From Bacillus subtilis subsp. subtilis str. 168 (GTDB lineage Bacteria > Bacillota > Bacilli > Bacillales > Bacillaceae), in NCBI RefSeq assembly GCF_000009045.1, contig NC_000964.3:1550001-1614000 (forward strand): 64,000 nucleotides of DNA, written 5' to 3'. Made by a program: the position numbers and the translations under genes. Below, one piece after another: positions 1-10,324 of this stretch. The notes under the pieces are model-generated. The model was not told the origin of the DNA. It worked only from the letters and a program-made list of their open reading frames with translations, and made no database searches. Position 1 is the stretch's first letter; every line of letters starts with the position of its first letter.

Positions 1-1
1 T

Positions 2-793
2 CAAATTTCAGTAAACGATGTGAAACAGCATGCGTTTTATCCGAATCAGTTTGCTTTAATGAAGGATGAGCTAGGAGGGTCCTCCTCGGCAGTCGGAATT
101 GCAGACAAAACCGGAACGGTATTAAAAAGACTCGTATTTGATGATGAACATATATGGGGAATCAGGCCGAAAAATGTACAGCAGACAATGGCATTAGAGC
201 TTTTGCTGCGGGAAGATATTCCGCTTGTCACCCTGATCGGCAAAGCGGGAACCGGCAAAACGCTCTTAGCTTTGGCGGCAGGGCTATTACAGACAGAAGA
301 CTTGGGAATATATAAAAAGCTGGTCGTCGCAAGGCCGATTGTTCCTGTTGGCAAGGACATCGGGTATTTGCCAGGCGAAAAAGAGGAAAAGCTAAAGCCT
401 TGGATGCAGCCGATTTTTGACAACTTAGAGTTTCTGTTTAATGCGAAAAAACCAGGGGAGCTTGATGCTATTTTGGCGGGAATTGGCTCAATTCAGGTAG
501 AGGCGCTGACTTATATCAGAGGGAGAAGCATTCCAGATCAATTTATTATCATTGATGAAGCGCAAAATTTGACCAGGCATGAGGTGAAAACGTTGCTGAC
601 GAGAGTCGGTGAGGGCAGTAAAATTGTCTTAATGGGCGACCCTGAACAAATTGATCACCCATATTTAGACAGTCTGAACAATGGTTTGGCCTATGTGGTT
701 GAGCGGTTTAAAGGACAACCCATCTCAGGCAGCGTGAAGCTGTTAAAAGGTGAGAGATCAGGTCTCGCCCAGCTTGCAGCTGATTTGCTGTAA
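2..793 (+). CDS. ylaK: PhoH-family ATPase (PIN-PhoH type), 5'-truncated by window edge
   Basis: Open frame from window start. Walker A GKAGTGKT and PhoH motifs RGRS and IIDEAQN...GDPEQID. Confidence 0.92.
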   Translation, partial: QISVNDVKQHAFYPNQFALMKDELGGSSSAVGIADKTGTVLKRLVFDDEHIWGIRPKNVQQTMALELLLREDIPLVTLIGKAGTGKTLLALAAGLLQTEDLGIYKKLVVARPIVPVGKDIGYLPGEKEEKLKPWMQPIFDNLEFLFNAKKPGELDAILAGIGSIQVEALTYIRGRSIPDQFIIIDEAQNLTRHEVKTLLTRVGEGSKIVLMGDPEQIDHPYLDSLNNGLAYVVERFKGQPISGSVKLLKGERSGLAQLAADLL

Positions 794-796
794 CAC

Positions 797-1282
797 TTAA
801 ATGATTTCGATCTCTTTTACATCGGTAATCGGCTGTTTGTGATGAACCGGGTCTTCAAAGTAAATATGCACGGGGCCGCCTTCTTGAATCGGCTTGCCTG
901 CCTCACTGAAATGGACAATACTGTTCAGAGCGGTTTCCAGAGAAACGGCGGCCTTTCCCGAACTTGTGACAAATACACATTGTGTCGCAGAGCTGTTCGG
1001 CTCAGCATTTTTCAGGACAGTCCCAAGTCTCATTGCGAAACTGCCGTTCATCAGTTTTTGCTTCTCATATTGCTTTTCCGTCTTTAATGTAGGCGGCGCG
1101 ATTCGCCCCTCTCTGATGACGCGTTCCGGATCAAGGTCGGATTCATCCCCGGCTGATTGTAAATATGTGTCTTGACTGTCCCCTTTGCGGTCAAACGAAA
1201 ATTTGCGATCATCAAAAATCCATACGCTTGGATCAATGGTAATTGGATATGTAACATTGCCTTTTACTTGGATAACGCTCAT
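797..1282 (-). CDS. ylaL: Conserved hypothetical protein, 161 aa
   Basis: ATG at 1282 with SD AGAAGGGGG upstream; expected position in the B. subtilis gene order. Confidence 0.88.
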
Positions 1283-1304
1283 GATATGACCCCCTTCTCT
1301 CAAA

Positions 1305-1333
1305 ATTATAAAAGTTTTCGCATGAATTGTCAC
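1305..1333 (-). promoter_or_regulatory. SigA-type promoter for ylaL
   Basis: Minus strand GTGACA-17-TATAAT. Confidence 0.65.
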
Positions 1334-1384
1334 TTTGTGTACAAATTATGTGTATTGAAATGCTGAGGGAACGAGGGTGTTTGC

Positions 1385-2314
1385 ATGGTATGCCAGCATA
1401 ATGATGAGCTTGAAGCCTTAGTGAAAAAGGCGAAAAAAGTAACGGACAAGGGGGAGGTAGCCAGCTATATTCCCGCCTTGGCAAAAGCTGATAAACACGA
1501 CCTGTCAGTGGCGATTTATTATTCCAATAATGTTTGTCTGTCAGCAGGTGACGTAGAAAAAACATTTACGCTTCAAAGTATATCGAAAGTCCTTTCCCTT
1601 GCTTTGGTGTTAATGGAATACGGCAAAGATAAGGTCTTCAGTTATGTTGGACAGGAGCCGACCGGTGATCCGTTTAATTCAATTATCAAGCTCGAAACAG
1701 TGAATCCGAGCAAGCCGTTAAACCCTATGATTAATGCCGGGGCATTGGTAGTGACAAGTCTGATAAGGGGAAGAACGGTAAAAGAGAGACTTGATTATTT
1801 GCTTTCTTTTATCAGAAGGCTGACAAACAACCAAGAGATTACATACTGCCGGGAAGTGGCTGAATCTGAATACAGCACTTCAATGATTAATCGGGCGATG
1901 TGTTATTATATGAAGCAGTACGGCATTTTTGAAGATGATGTAGAGGCAGTAATGGATTTATATACGAAGCAATGCGCGATTGAGATGAACAGCTTGGATT
2001 TAGCGAAAATCGGATCTGTATTCGCATTGAACGGCAGACATCCAGAGACTGGGGAGCAGGTCATCTCAAAAGATGTCGCTAGAATTTGCAAAACGTTTAT
2101 GGTGACGTGCGGAATGTACAATGCAAGCGGGGAATTCGCAATTAAGGTCGGAATTCCTGCGAAAAGCGGCGTATCCGGCGGGATAATGGGCATTTCGCCT
2201 TACGATTTCGGGATCGGCATATTCGGCCCCGCATTAGACGAAAAAGGGAACAGCATTGCAGGTGTAAAGCTTTTGGAAATAATGTCTGAGATGTACAGGC
2301 TGAGTATTTTTTAA
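1385..2314 (+). CDS. glsB: Glutaminase
   Basis: Glutaminase motifs FTLQSISK, NPMINAGAL and PAKSGVSGG; 309 aa (ylaM). Confidence 0.96.
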   Translation: MVCQHNDELEALVKKAKKVTDKGEVASYIPALAKADKHDLSVAIYYSNNVCLSAGDVEKTFTLQSISKVLSLALVLMEYGKDKVFSYVGQEPTGDPFNSIIKLETVNPSKPLNPMINAGALVVTSLIRGRTVKERLDYLLSFIRRLTNNQEITYCREVAESEYSTSMINRAMCYYMKQYGIFEDDVEAVMDLYTKQCAIEMNSLDLAKIGSVFALNGRHPETGEQVISKDVARICKTFMVTCGMYNASGEFAIKVGIPAKSGVSGGIMGISPYDFGIGIFGPALDEKGNSIAGVKLLEIMSEMYRLSIF

Positions 2315-2338
2315 TTTATGTCATATGCTTAAATCCTC

Positions 2339-2367
2339 TTGCATTTTCTGTTGATACCCTTTATGAT
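2339..2367 (+). promoter_or_regulatory. SigA-type promoter for ylaN
   Basis: TTGCAT-17-TATGAT. Confidence 0.6.
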
Positions 2368-2411
2368 AAATAGAAGAATTAGGTACTCGCCTGGGGAACG
2401 GAGGGATACTT

Positions 2412-2693
2412 TTGGCTTCAGAGATGATAGTTGACCATCGGCAAAAAGCTTTTGAACTCTTAAAAGTGGACGCTGAGAAGATTTTGAAGCTGATCCGAGT
2501 ACAAATGGATAACTTAACGATGCCTCAATGTCCTCTATATGAAGAGGTTTTAGATACTCAAATGTTCGGGCTTTCGAGGGAAATCGATTTTGCTGTCCGC
2601 CTGGGATTGGTTGATGAAAAAGACGGTAAAGACCTTTTATACACATTGGAGCGCGAATTGTCTGCTTTGCATGACGCGTTTACAGCTAAATAA
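2412..2693 (+). CDS. ylaN: YlaN family (DUF1507) iron/Fe-S homeostasis protein
   Basis: TTG start with SD GAGGG; signature [22 protein letters not shown]; 93 aa. Confidence 0.95.
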   Translation: MASEMIVDHRQKAFELLKVDAEKILKLIRVQMDNLTMPQCPLYEEVLDTQMFGLSREIDFAVRLGLVDEKDGKDLLYTLERELSALHDAFTAK

Positions 2694-2699
2694 ATGATA

Positions 2700-2732
2700 A
2701 AACTCAAACTTATTAACAGTTTGGGTTTTTTT
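2700..2732 (+). terminator. Intrinsic terminator of ylaN
   Basis: AACTCAAACT/AGTTTGGGTT stem followed by T-tract. Confidence 0.75.
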
Positions 2733-2898
2733 ATAACCGCTATTTTTCTCTCATCTCATAAAAGACGGTCTTTTTTTACACATTCCTTCCGAATCGTATA
2801 GAGATTCTTCGTCTCGTTTGATAAATTGTAGTAAAATAAAAAAGATAAATACATAAAAACCATAGATAATGGAAGTTAGAAGCAGGGAAGAGGATGTT

Positions 2899-4110
2899 AT
2901 GTTAAAAAAAATGCTAAAATCTTATGATTACTCACTGATATTCGCAATCGTTTTATTATGCGGATTCGGTTTAGTGATGGTATACAGCTCAAGCATGATT
3001 ACGGCTGTCTCCCGGTATGGAGTAAGCAGTAATTTTTTCTTCATGCGGCAGCTGTTTGCTTTAATTGCGGGTGGCGCTCTATTTATTCTCATGGCGTTGT
3101 TTCCTTATAAAGCACTGGCCCATCAAAAGTTTCAGAAGGGGATACTGCTTGTATCTGTTCTTGCGCTTATCTCACTGTTTGTTTTCGGGCATGTTGCCGG
3201 AAACGCGCAGAGCTGGTTTAAAATCGGCGGAATGAGTATTCAGCCGGGGGAGTTTGTGAAACTGGTCGTGATTTTATACCTTGCAGCCGTATATGCAAAA
3301 AAACAAAGTTATATCGACCATCTGTTAACGGGAGTAGCCCCTCCGGTAGTCATGACGCTTATAATTTGTGGGTTAATTGCCATGCAGCCAGATTTCGGTA
3401 CAGCCATGATTATAGGGTTAATTGCGACGTGCATGATCTTGTGCTCCGGCTTCAGCGGAAAGACGCTGGTGAGGCTTGTGATACTGGGCGGAATTGTTTT
3501 CATTTTAGTCAGCCCTATTATCTATTTGAATCAGGACAAAATTTTAACTGAAGGCCGTTTAGCGCGTTTTGAGAGTCTTGAAGACCCATTTAAGTATGCA
3601 AATTCATCAGGTTTGCAAGTGATCAATTCTTATTATGCGATCAGCTCAGGCGGCATTTTCGGCCTGGGGCTCGGTGAAAGTATCCAAAAATACGGATATC
3701 TGCCTGAATCACACACTGACTTTATTATGGCTGTCATTGCTGAAGAGCTCGGCATTTTTGGGGTATTGTTTGTGATTTTCTTATTGGGTTTTGTCGTCAT
3801 AAAAGGTTTTTATATTGCCAGAAAATGCGAGGACCCGTTTGGAAGTCTTCTGGCGATCGGCATTTCAAGCATGATTGCCATCCAGTCGTTTATTAACCTT
3901 GGCGGTGTCAGCGGATTAATTCCGATTACAGGGGTTACGCTGCCATTTATCAGTTACGGGGGCTCTTCTTTGGTGCTGCTGCTGGGGAGTATGGGGATAT
4001 TAGCGAATATCAGCATGTTTGTGAAATATTCAGAGAATAAGAAAAAGAAAGAGCCCTTGGCGCCGAAGGGAATGAAAAAGAAACAGCTCAAAAAAACTGT
4101 TTATCTGTAA
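2899..4110 (+). CDS. ftsW: SEDS peptidoglycan polymerase FtsW
   Basis: SEDS motifs IQPGEFVK, YLPESHTDFI and LPFISYGGSS; 403 aa from the ATG after SD GGAAGAGG. Confidence 0.96.
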   Translation: MLKKMLKSYDYSLIFAIVLLCGFGLVMVYSSSMITAVSRYGVSSNFFFMRQLFALIAGGALFILMALFPYKALAHQKFQKGILLVSVLALISLFVFGHVAGNAQSWFKIGGMSIQPGEFVKLVVILYLAAVYAKKQSYIDHLLTGVAPPVVMTLIICGLIAMQPDFGTAMIIGLIATCMILCSGFSGKTLVRLVILGGIVFILVSPIIYLNQDKILTEGRLARFESLEDPFKYANSSGLQVINSYYAISSGGIFGLGLGESIQKYGYLPESHTDFIMAVIAEELGIFGVLFVIFLLGFVVIKGFYIARKCEDPFGSLLAIGISSMIAIQSFINLGGVSGLIPITGVTLPFISYGGSSLVLLLGSMGILANISMFVKYSENKKKKEPLAPKGMKKKQLKKTVYL

Positions 4111-4120
4111 AAAACAAGTG

Positions 4121-4149
4121 TGTACAGGGGAAGGATATTCCGCTATGAT
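4121..4149 (+). promoter_or_regulatory. SigA-type promoter candidate for pycA
   Basis: TGTACA-17-TATGAT. Confidence 0.5.
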
Positions 4150-4184
4150 AGATTATATTCCATTCGGGTAAGGGGGAGAAAAGT

Positions 4185-7100
4185 TTGTCTCAGCAATCGA
4201 TACAAAAAGTATTAGTAGCAAACAGGGGAGAAATTGCAATCCGAATATTCCGGGCGTGTACCGAGTTGAATATTCGTACAGTTGCGGTCTATTCAAAAGA
4301 AGATTCCGGTTCCTACCATCGGTACAAAGCGGATGAAGCATACTTGGTCGGTGAAGGGAAAAAACCGATTGATGCTTACCTGGATATTGAAGGTATCATT
4401 GATATTGCGAAAAGAAACAAAGTCGATGCAATTCATCCGGGATACGGTTTCTTATCTGAAAATATTCATTTTGCGAGACGATGTGAAGAAGAAGGCATCG
4501 TATTCATAGGGCCAAAATCCGAGCATCTCGATATGTTTGGTGACAAGGTAAAAGCGCGTGAGCAGGCAGAAAAAGCGGGAATCCCCGTGATTCCGGGAAG
4601 CGACGGTCCTGCCGAAACGCTTGAAGCCGTCGAACAATTTGGACAAGCTAACGGTTATCCGATCATCATTAAAGCCTCGCTTGGCGGCGGCGGCCGCGGT
4701 ATGCGGATTGTCAGATCTGAAAGTGAAGTTAAAGAAGCATATGAGCGTGCTAAATCAGAGGCGAAAGCAGCCTTTGGCAATGATGAAGTTTATGTAGAAA
4801 AATTAATTGAGAATCCGAAACATATTGAGGTTCAGGTCATTGGAGACAAGCAGGGCAATGTCGTCCATCTTTTTGAGAGGGATTGCTCCGTTCAAAGACG
4901 CCATCAAAAAGTCATTGAAGTGGCGCCGAGTGTCTCGCTGTCACCTGAATTAAGGGACCAAATTTGTGAGGCTGCAGTTGCGCTTGCCAAAAATGTAAAC
5001 TATATAAATGCGGGGACGGTCGAATTCCTTGTTGCAAACAACGAGTTCTACTTTATTGAAGTAAATCCTCGCGTACAAGTTGAACACACGATAACAGAAA
5101 TGATTACTGGTGTCGATATTGTTCAAACTCAGATCCTTGTTGCCCAAGGGCACAGCCTTCACAGCAAAAAAGTAAATATTCCTGAGCAAAAGGACATTTT
5201 TACAATCGGCTATGCCATTCAGTCACGGGTTACGACTGAGGATCCGCAAAATGATTTCATGCCTGATACAGGAAAAATCATGGCTTACCGCTCAGGCGGC
5301 GGTTTTGGTGTCCGTCTTGATACCGGAAACAGCTTCCAGGGCGCCGTGATCACACCATACTATGATTCACTTCTCGTTAAGCTTTCAACTTGGGCTTTAA
5401 CGTTTGAACAGGCAGCTGCCAAAATGGTGCGAAACCTTCAGGAGTTTAGAATCAGAGGCATAAAAACGAACATTCCGTTCCTTGAGAACGTTGCAAAGCA
5501 TGAGAAGTTCCTGACAGGGCAATATGATACATCTTTCATTGATACAACGCCTGAATTATTTAATTTCCCTAAACAAAAAGACCGCGGAACGAAAATGCTC
5601 ACTTACATCGGCAATGTGACAGTGAACGGCTTCCCTGGAATCGGGAAAAAAGAAAAACCGGCGTTTGACAAACCGTTAGGCGTAAAGGTAGACGTTGATC
5701 AGCAGCCTGCCAGAGGAACAAAGCAAATTCTCGATGAAAAAGGTGCAGAAGGGCTTGCAAATTGGGTTAAGGAGCAGAAATCTGTCCTTTTAACTGATAC
5801 GACATTCAGGGATGCCCACCAATCGTTATTGGCAACTAGAATCAGATCGCATGATTTGAAAAAAATCGCAAATCCGACGGCTGCGTTATGGCCTGAACTA
5901 TTCAGTATGGAAATGTGGGGAGGCGCGACCTTCGATGTAGCCTACCGATTCCTGAAAGAAGATCCGTGGAAACGTTTGGAAGATCTTCGCAAAGAAGTGC
6001 CGAATACCTTATTCCAGATGTTGCTTCGCTCATCAAATGCGGTCGGCTATACGAATTATCCGGACAATGTGATTAAAGAATTTGTGAAGCAATCAGCTCA
6101 ATCCGGTATTGATGTGTTTCGTATTTTCGACAGCTTAAACTGGGTAAAAGGGATGACGTTAGCCATTGATGCTGTTAGGGATACCGGCAAAGTGGCAGAA
6201 GCTGCGATTTGTTATACGGGAGATATCCTTGACAAGAACCGGACGAAGTACGACCTTGCATATTATACATCGATGGCGAAGGAGCTTGAGGCGGCCGGAG
6301 CCCATATTCTCGGGATTAAAGATATGGCAGGGCTGTTAAAACCGCAGGCTGCATATGAGCTCGTTTCTGCGTTGAAAGAAACGATCGACATTCCGGTTCA
6401 CCTTCATACGCATGATACGAGCGGAAACGGTATTTATATGTATGCGAAAGCTGTTGAAGCCGGCGTTGATATCATAGACGTGGCGGTCAGCTCAATGGCG
6501 GGATTAACGTCACAGCCTAGCGCGAGCGGATTTTATCATGCGATGGAAGGCAACGACCGCCGTCCGGAAATGAATGTCCAAGGCGTTGAATTGCTGTCCC
6601 AATATTGGGAGTCGGTGCGTAAATATTATAGTGAATTTGAAAGCGGAATGAAGTCTCCGCATACTGAAATTTATGAACACGAAATGCCAGGGGGCCAATA
6701 CAGCAACCTGCAGCAGCAAGCCAAGGGAGTAGGCCTTGGCGACCGCTGGAACGAAGTCAAGGAAATGTACAGACGCGTGAACGATATGTTCGGTGACATC
6801 GTCAAGGTAACGCCTTCCTCAAAAGTAGTCGGAGATATGGCACTCTACATGGTGCAAAACAATCTGACTGAAAAAGACGTTTACGAAAAAGGTGAATCTT
6901 TAGATTTCCCTGATTCTGTCGTGGAGCTTTTTAAAGGAAATATCGGCCAGCCTCATGGCGGATTCCCAGAAAAACTGCAAAAGCTGATCTTAAAAGGGCA
7001 GGAGCCGATTACAGTCAGACCGGGCGAACTGCTTGAGCCGGTGTCATTTGAAGCGATCAAACAGGAATTTAAAGAGCAGCATAACTTGGAAATTTCAGAT

Positions 7101-7631
7101 CAGGATGCTGTGGCATATGCCCTTTATCCTAAAGTCTTCACTGATTATGTGAAAACGACAGAAAGCTATGGAGACATCTCGGTATTAGATACACCGACAT
7201 TCTTCTACGGTATGACATTAGGTGAAGAGATAGAAGTTGAAATTGAGCGCGGCAAAACGCTGATCGTTAAGCTGATTTCAATCGGTGAGCCTCAGCCTGA
7301 TGCCACCCGCGTCGTTTATTTCGAACTCAACGGGCAGCCGCGTGAAGTAGTCATTAAAGATGAAAGCATTAAGTCTTCCGTTCAGGAAAGGCTGAAAGCA
7401 GACCGGACAAATCCAAGCCACATCGCAGCTTCCATGCCTGGAACAGTTATTAAGGTATTGGCTGAAGCAGGCACAAAAGTCAATAAAGGTGATCATTTGA
7501 TGATTAATGAAGCGATGAAAATGGAAACAACGGTTCAGGCGCCTTTCTCAGGAACAATCAAGCAGGTTCATGTGAAAAATGGTGAGCCGATCCAAACGGG
7601 AGATCTGCTCCTTGAAATTGAAAAAGCATAA
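4185..7631 (+). CDS. pycA: Pyruvate carboxylase
   Basis: Biotin carboxylase ANRGEIA, carboxyltransferase domain and biotinyl motif EAMKM; 1148 aa, TTG start. Confidence 0.99.
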   Translation: MSQQSIQKVLVANRGEIAIRIFRACTELNIRTVAVYSKEDSGSYHRYKADEAYLVGEGKKPIDAYLDIEGIIDIAKRNKVDAIHPGYGFLSENIHFARRCEEEGIVFIGPKSEHLDMFGDKVKAREQAEKAGIPVIPGSDGPAETLEAVEQFGQANGYPIIIKASLGGGGRGMRIVRSESEVKEAYERAKSEAKAAFGNDEVYVEKLIENPKHIEVQVIGDKQGNVVHLFERDCSVQRRHQKVIEVAPSVSLSPELRDQICEAAVALAKNVNYINAGTVEFLVANNEFYFIEVNPRVQVEHTITEMITGVDIVQTQILVAQGHSLHSKKVNIPEQKDIFTIGYAIQSRVTTEDPQNDFMPDTGKIMAYRSGGGFGVRLDTGNSFQGAVITPYYDSLLVKLSTWALTFEQAAAKMVRNLQEFRIRGIKTNIPFLENVAKHEKFLTGQYDTSFIDTTPELFNFPKQKDRGTKMLTYIGNVTVNGFPGIGKKEKPAFDKPLGVKVDVDQQPARGTKQILDEKGAEGLANWVKEQKSVLLTDTTFRDAHQSLLATRIRSHDLKKIANPTAALWPELFSMEMWGGATFDVAYRFLKEDPWKRLEDLRKEVPNTLFQMLLRSSNAVGYTNYPDNVIKEFVKQSAQSGIDVFRIFDSLNWVKGMTLAIDAVRDTGKVAEAAICYTGDILDKNRTKYDLAYYTSMAKELEAAGAHILGIKDMAGLLKPQAAYELVSALKETIDIPVHLHTHDTSGNGIYMYAKAVEAGVDIIDVAVSSMAGLTSQPSASGFYHAMEGNDRRPEMNVQGVELLSQYWESVRKYYSEFESGMKSPHTEIYEHEMPGGQYSNLQQQAKGVGLGDRWNEVKEMYRRVNDMFGDIVKVTPSSKVVGDMALYMVQNNLTEKDVYEKGESLDFPDSVVELFKGNIGQPHGGFPEKLQKLILKGQEPITVRPGELLEPVSFEAIKQEFKEQHNLEISDQDAVAYALYPKVFTDYVKTTESYGDISVLDTPTFFYGMTLGEEIEVEIERGKTLIVKLISIGEPQPDATRVVYFELNGQPREVVIKDESIKSSVQERLKADRTNPSHIAASMPGTVIKVLAEAGTKVNKGDHLMINEAMKMETTVQAPFSGTIKQVHVKNGEPIQTGDLLLEIEKA

Positions 7632-7673
7632 AAAACAAAGAGTGTATATCAATGATATACACTCTTGTTTTTT
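7632..7673 (+). terminator. Terminator of pycA
   Basis: AAGAGTGTATATC/GATATACACTCTT inverted repeat plus T-tract. Confidence 0.88.
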
Positions 7674-7993
7674 ATATAGAAAATGTGGAGTGAAACAGAT
7701 GGTTAGAAGAGATATAAGGGGACTTCAGAGATTATAGAGTACTGTCACAAGCCCAAAATAAAAAGAGGCTTATACAGCCAATATTTTAGATGCTTTGTAG
7801 TATGCCGTGCATATTTCTTTAAGCACTATCTGATTTAAAAGGCTTTAATACTTATGTTCGCGAGCTATAGATCCATATGAAATTTCTATAATCACGATGA
7901 GAAAGGGGACAGACCGAAGTGAGCCGCTCACTGATCATCAAGTTCGGCGAAGGCTGGCGATTGAAACGCATAAAGCGCCAAAAAACAAGACAT

Positions 7994-8027
7994 AAAAAAG
8001 ACCAAAGCCGCCTAAGGCTTTGGTCTT
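7994..8027 (-). terminator. Terminator of ctaA
   Basis: 12-bp stem AAGACCAAAGCC/GGCTTTGGTCTT with T-tract on the minus strand. Confidence 0.88.
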
Positions 8028-8033
8028 GAGTCC

Positions 8034-8954
8034 TTATGATTGCCTGGATTCATAACGGAAACGAGCAATCAATAATAAGAAGTAGCATAGAACGCCAAAC
8101 AGACAGGCAATAAAGAACGAGTGGGCAAGTGCAAAGCCCAGAGCCAGTTCAGAGTATACGATCATAATACCGGACAGTGCCTGTAATGTAATGAAAATAA
8201 GACATGAGATCCATCCCCAAAAGATCTGTTTTTGATCTTTATAGGAAGTAATAGCATGAACAGCGGCAACAATAATCCATACAAATAAAAGTAAGGCTGC
8301 TGCTCTGTGGCCCATTTGCACCCATTCATGGAATTGGGTCGGAAGTCCATTGTTCAGCGGGCTGCACAGCGGCACATTAGGACATGCCAGACTTGATTCA
8401 GTGTGTCTTACATATGCGCCTGTATACACAACGATATAGGAATATATTAAAATTCCTATCATGTGAAATTGCATCTTTTTGCCGATTTGAAGCGGCTTAA
8501 CCAGTGTTCTGACTGATTTATCAGCTTCAAATATGAGCAATGTTAAAATAAGCACTGAAGCAAAAGAAATTAATGAGATGCCGAAGTGAAGCGCCATAAT
8601 CAGCGCGTTCGAACCGAATACGACAGCCAATGCGCCAAGCAATGCCTGAAGAAATAAAAAGATAATTGACATGATCGCGAGAAACGTTGTTTCACGAAAA
8701 ATCGGCGTGATTTTTCTCCATGACCAAAACGCAAGGCTTAGCACAAGGATAATAGAGATTCCGCTTGCGAATCGGTGGCTCCATTCAATAATTGAAGCCG
8801 GATTCAGTTCAGGGAAAAAACGGCCGTGACACAGCGGCCACTGTCTGCCGCATCCTTGGCCGGAACCTGTTTTTGTAACGAGGGCACCCCCGATTAAAAC
8901 AATTAGCATGACAAATGTCGTCAGAACACCGAGAGCTTTTAATGCTTTATTCAT
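8034..8954 (-). CDS. ctaA: Heme A synthase
   Basis: COX15/CtaA motifs [14 protein letters not shown] and HR in the second half; 306 aa. Confidence 0.97.
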
Positions 8955-9169
8955 ACAATATTCACCTTCTTAACATACTGCTGCAATTTTATATACGTTC
9001 CAAGTGTAAGCGAATATGTGTTTTGTGGCAATTCCCAGAGCCTTTTGTTCACAAAAATATAATAGAATGACGGCTTCTGGAAAATGTACACTTGATTATT
9101 CATGCCGGGTCTGATAGAAATAAGGTAAACGCAATGCCGATTTGGAGATTGCCTTCATCTTTGGTAAAA

Positions 9170-9187
9170 TTCATAAAAAGTTCACAA
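9170..9187 (-). promoter_or_regulatory. ResD-binding site in the ctaA-ctaB divergent region
   Basis: Minus strand TTGTGAA-CTT-TTT-ATGA-A fits TTGTGAAN3TTTN4A; second TTCACAA half-site at 9048-9054. ResD control of ctaA/ctaB is established. Confidence 0.65.
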
Positions 9188-9308
9188 ATAAATTCCTGTT
9201 TGTCGTTTAATATTTAATAGGATGTTTTTTTACAAGATGTTATCTTGTATGATAGAGTTGCAGGTTATTTTATTCTCCTGCGTTAGGTTTGTAAGGGAGG
9301 TTTACGTT

Positions 9309-10226
9309 ATGGCTAACTCCAGAATCTTAAATGATACAGCTATAGACGGACAAATTGAAGAAACAACGGCATGGAAAGATTTTCTGTCCCTTATTAAAAT
9401 AGGGATCGTCAATTCTAACCTCATCACGACTTTCACTGGAATGTGGCTTGCACTGCATATATCCGGTTTAAGTTTTTTAGGCAATATAAACACCGTTCTT
9501 CTTACGTTAATCGGGTCTTCACTGATTATTGCGGGCTCCTGCGCGATCAATAACTGGTATGACCGGGACATTGACCATCTTATGGAGCGTACGAAAGTAA
9601 GACCGACGGTTACGGGTAAAATTCAGCCGAGTCAGGCGTTATGGTCTGGAATTTTGCTGGTTGCTTTAGGATTGATCATGCTGCTGATGACAACTGTCAT
9701 GGCTGCTGTTATCGGTTTTATCGGAGTCTTTACGTATGTTGTATTGTACACAATGTGGACGAAACGCCGCTATACGATTAACACAGTAGTAGGAAGCGTT
9801 TCCGGTGCAGTGCCGCCGCTTATTGGATGGACGGCAGTGGAAGGGAATATCGGTGTCGTAGCATGGGTGTTATTCATGATTTTATTTATTTGGCAGATTC
9901 CTCACTTCTTAGCATTGGCTATTAAGAAAACTGAGGATTACAGAGCTGCAAATATTCCGATGCTTCCTGTCGTATACGGATTTGAAGTGACAAAAAGACA
10001 AATTATTGTGTGGGTTGCGTGCCTGATGCCGCTTCCGTTTTTCCTTGGTAGCCTGGGTCTTCCGATTGTCATTCTCGGCTTGCTGTTAAATATCGGCTGG
10101 CTGATTCTTGGCTTAATGGGATTCCGCTCCAAGAATATCATGAAGTGGGCAACGCAGATGTTCGTTTACTCGCTTAACTACATGACAATCTATTTCGTTG
10201 CCATGGTTGTCTTGACGCTTTTCTAA
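9309..10226 (+). CDS. ctaB: Protoheme IX farnesyltransferase (heme O synthase)
   Basis: UbiA motif [19 protein letters not shown]; SD AAGGGAGG; 305 aa. Confidence 0.97.
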   Translation: MANSRILNDTAIDGQIEETTAWKDFLSLIKIGIVNSNLITTFTGMWLALHISGLSFLGNINTVLLTLIGSSLIIAGSCAINNWYDRDIDHLMERTKVRPTVTGKIQPSQALWSGILLVALGLIMLLMTTVMAAVIGFIGVFTYVVLYTMWTKRRYTINTVVGSVSGAVPPLIGWTAVEGNIGVVAWVLFMILFIWQIPHFLALAIKKTEDYRAANIPMLPVVYGFEVTKRQIIVWVACLMPLPFFLGSLGLPIVILGLLLNIGWLILGLMGFRSKNIMKWATQMFVYSLNYMTIYFVAMVVLTLF

Positions 10227-10283
10227 AAAATAGATATGATGCTTGTTTTATCGCTTCAAAATAAACGATGACAACTAGTAAAT

Positions 10284-10324
10284 GCCGCCTTGACCTCTTG
10301 TTTAATCAGGCGGCTTTACTTTTA
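10284..10324 (+). terminator. Terminator/attenuator between ctaB and ctaC
   Basis: GCCGCCT(T)GA/TCAGGCGGC stem with interrupted T-tract. Confidence 0.7.

Noticed and set aside
839-1565. Several 64-110 aa ORFs overlapping ylaL and glsB
   Set aside because: Alternative-frame or antisense shadows of real genes.
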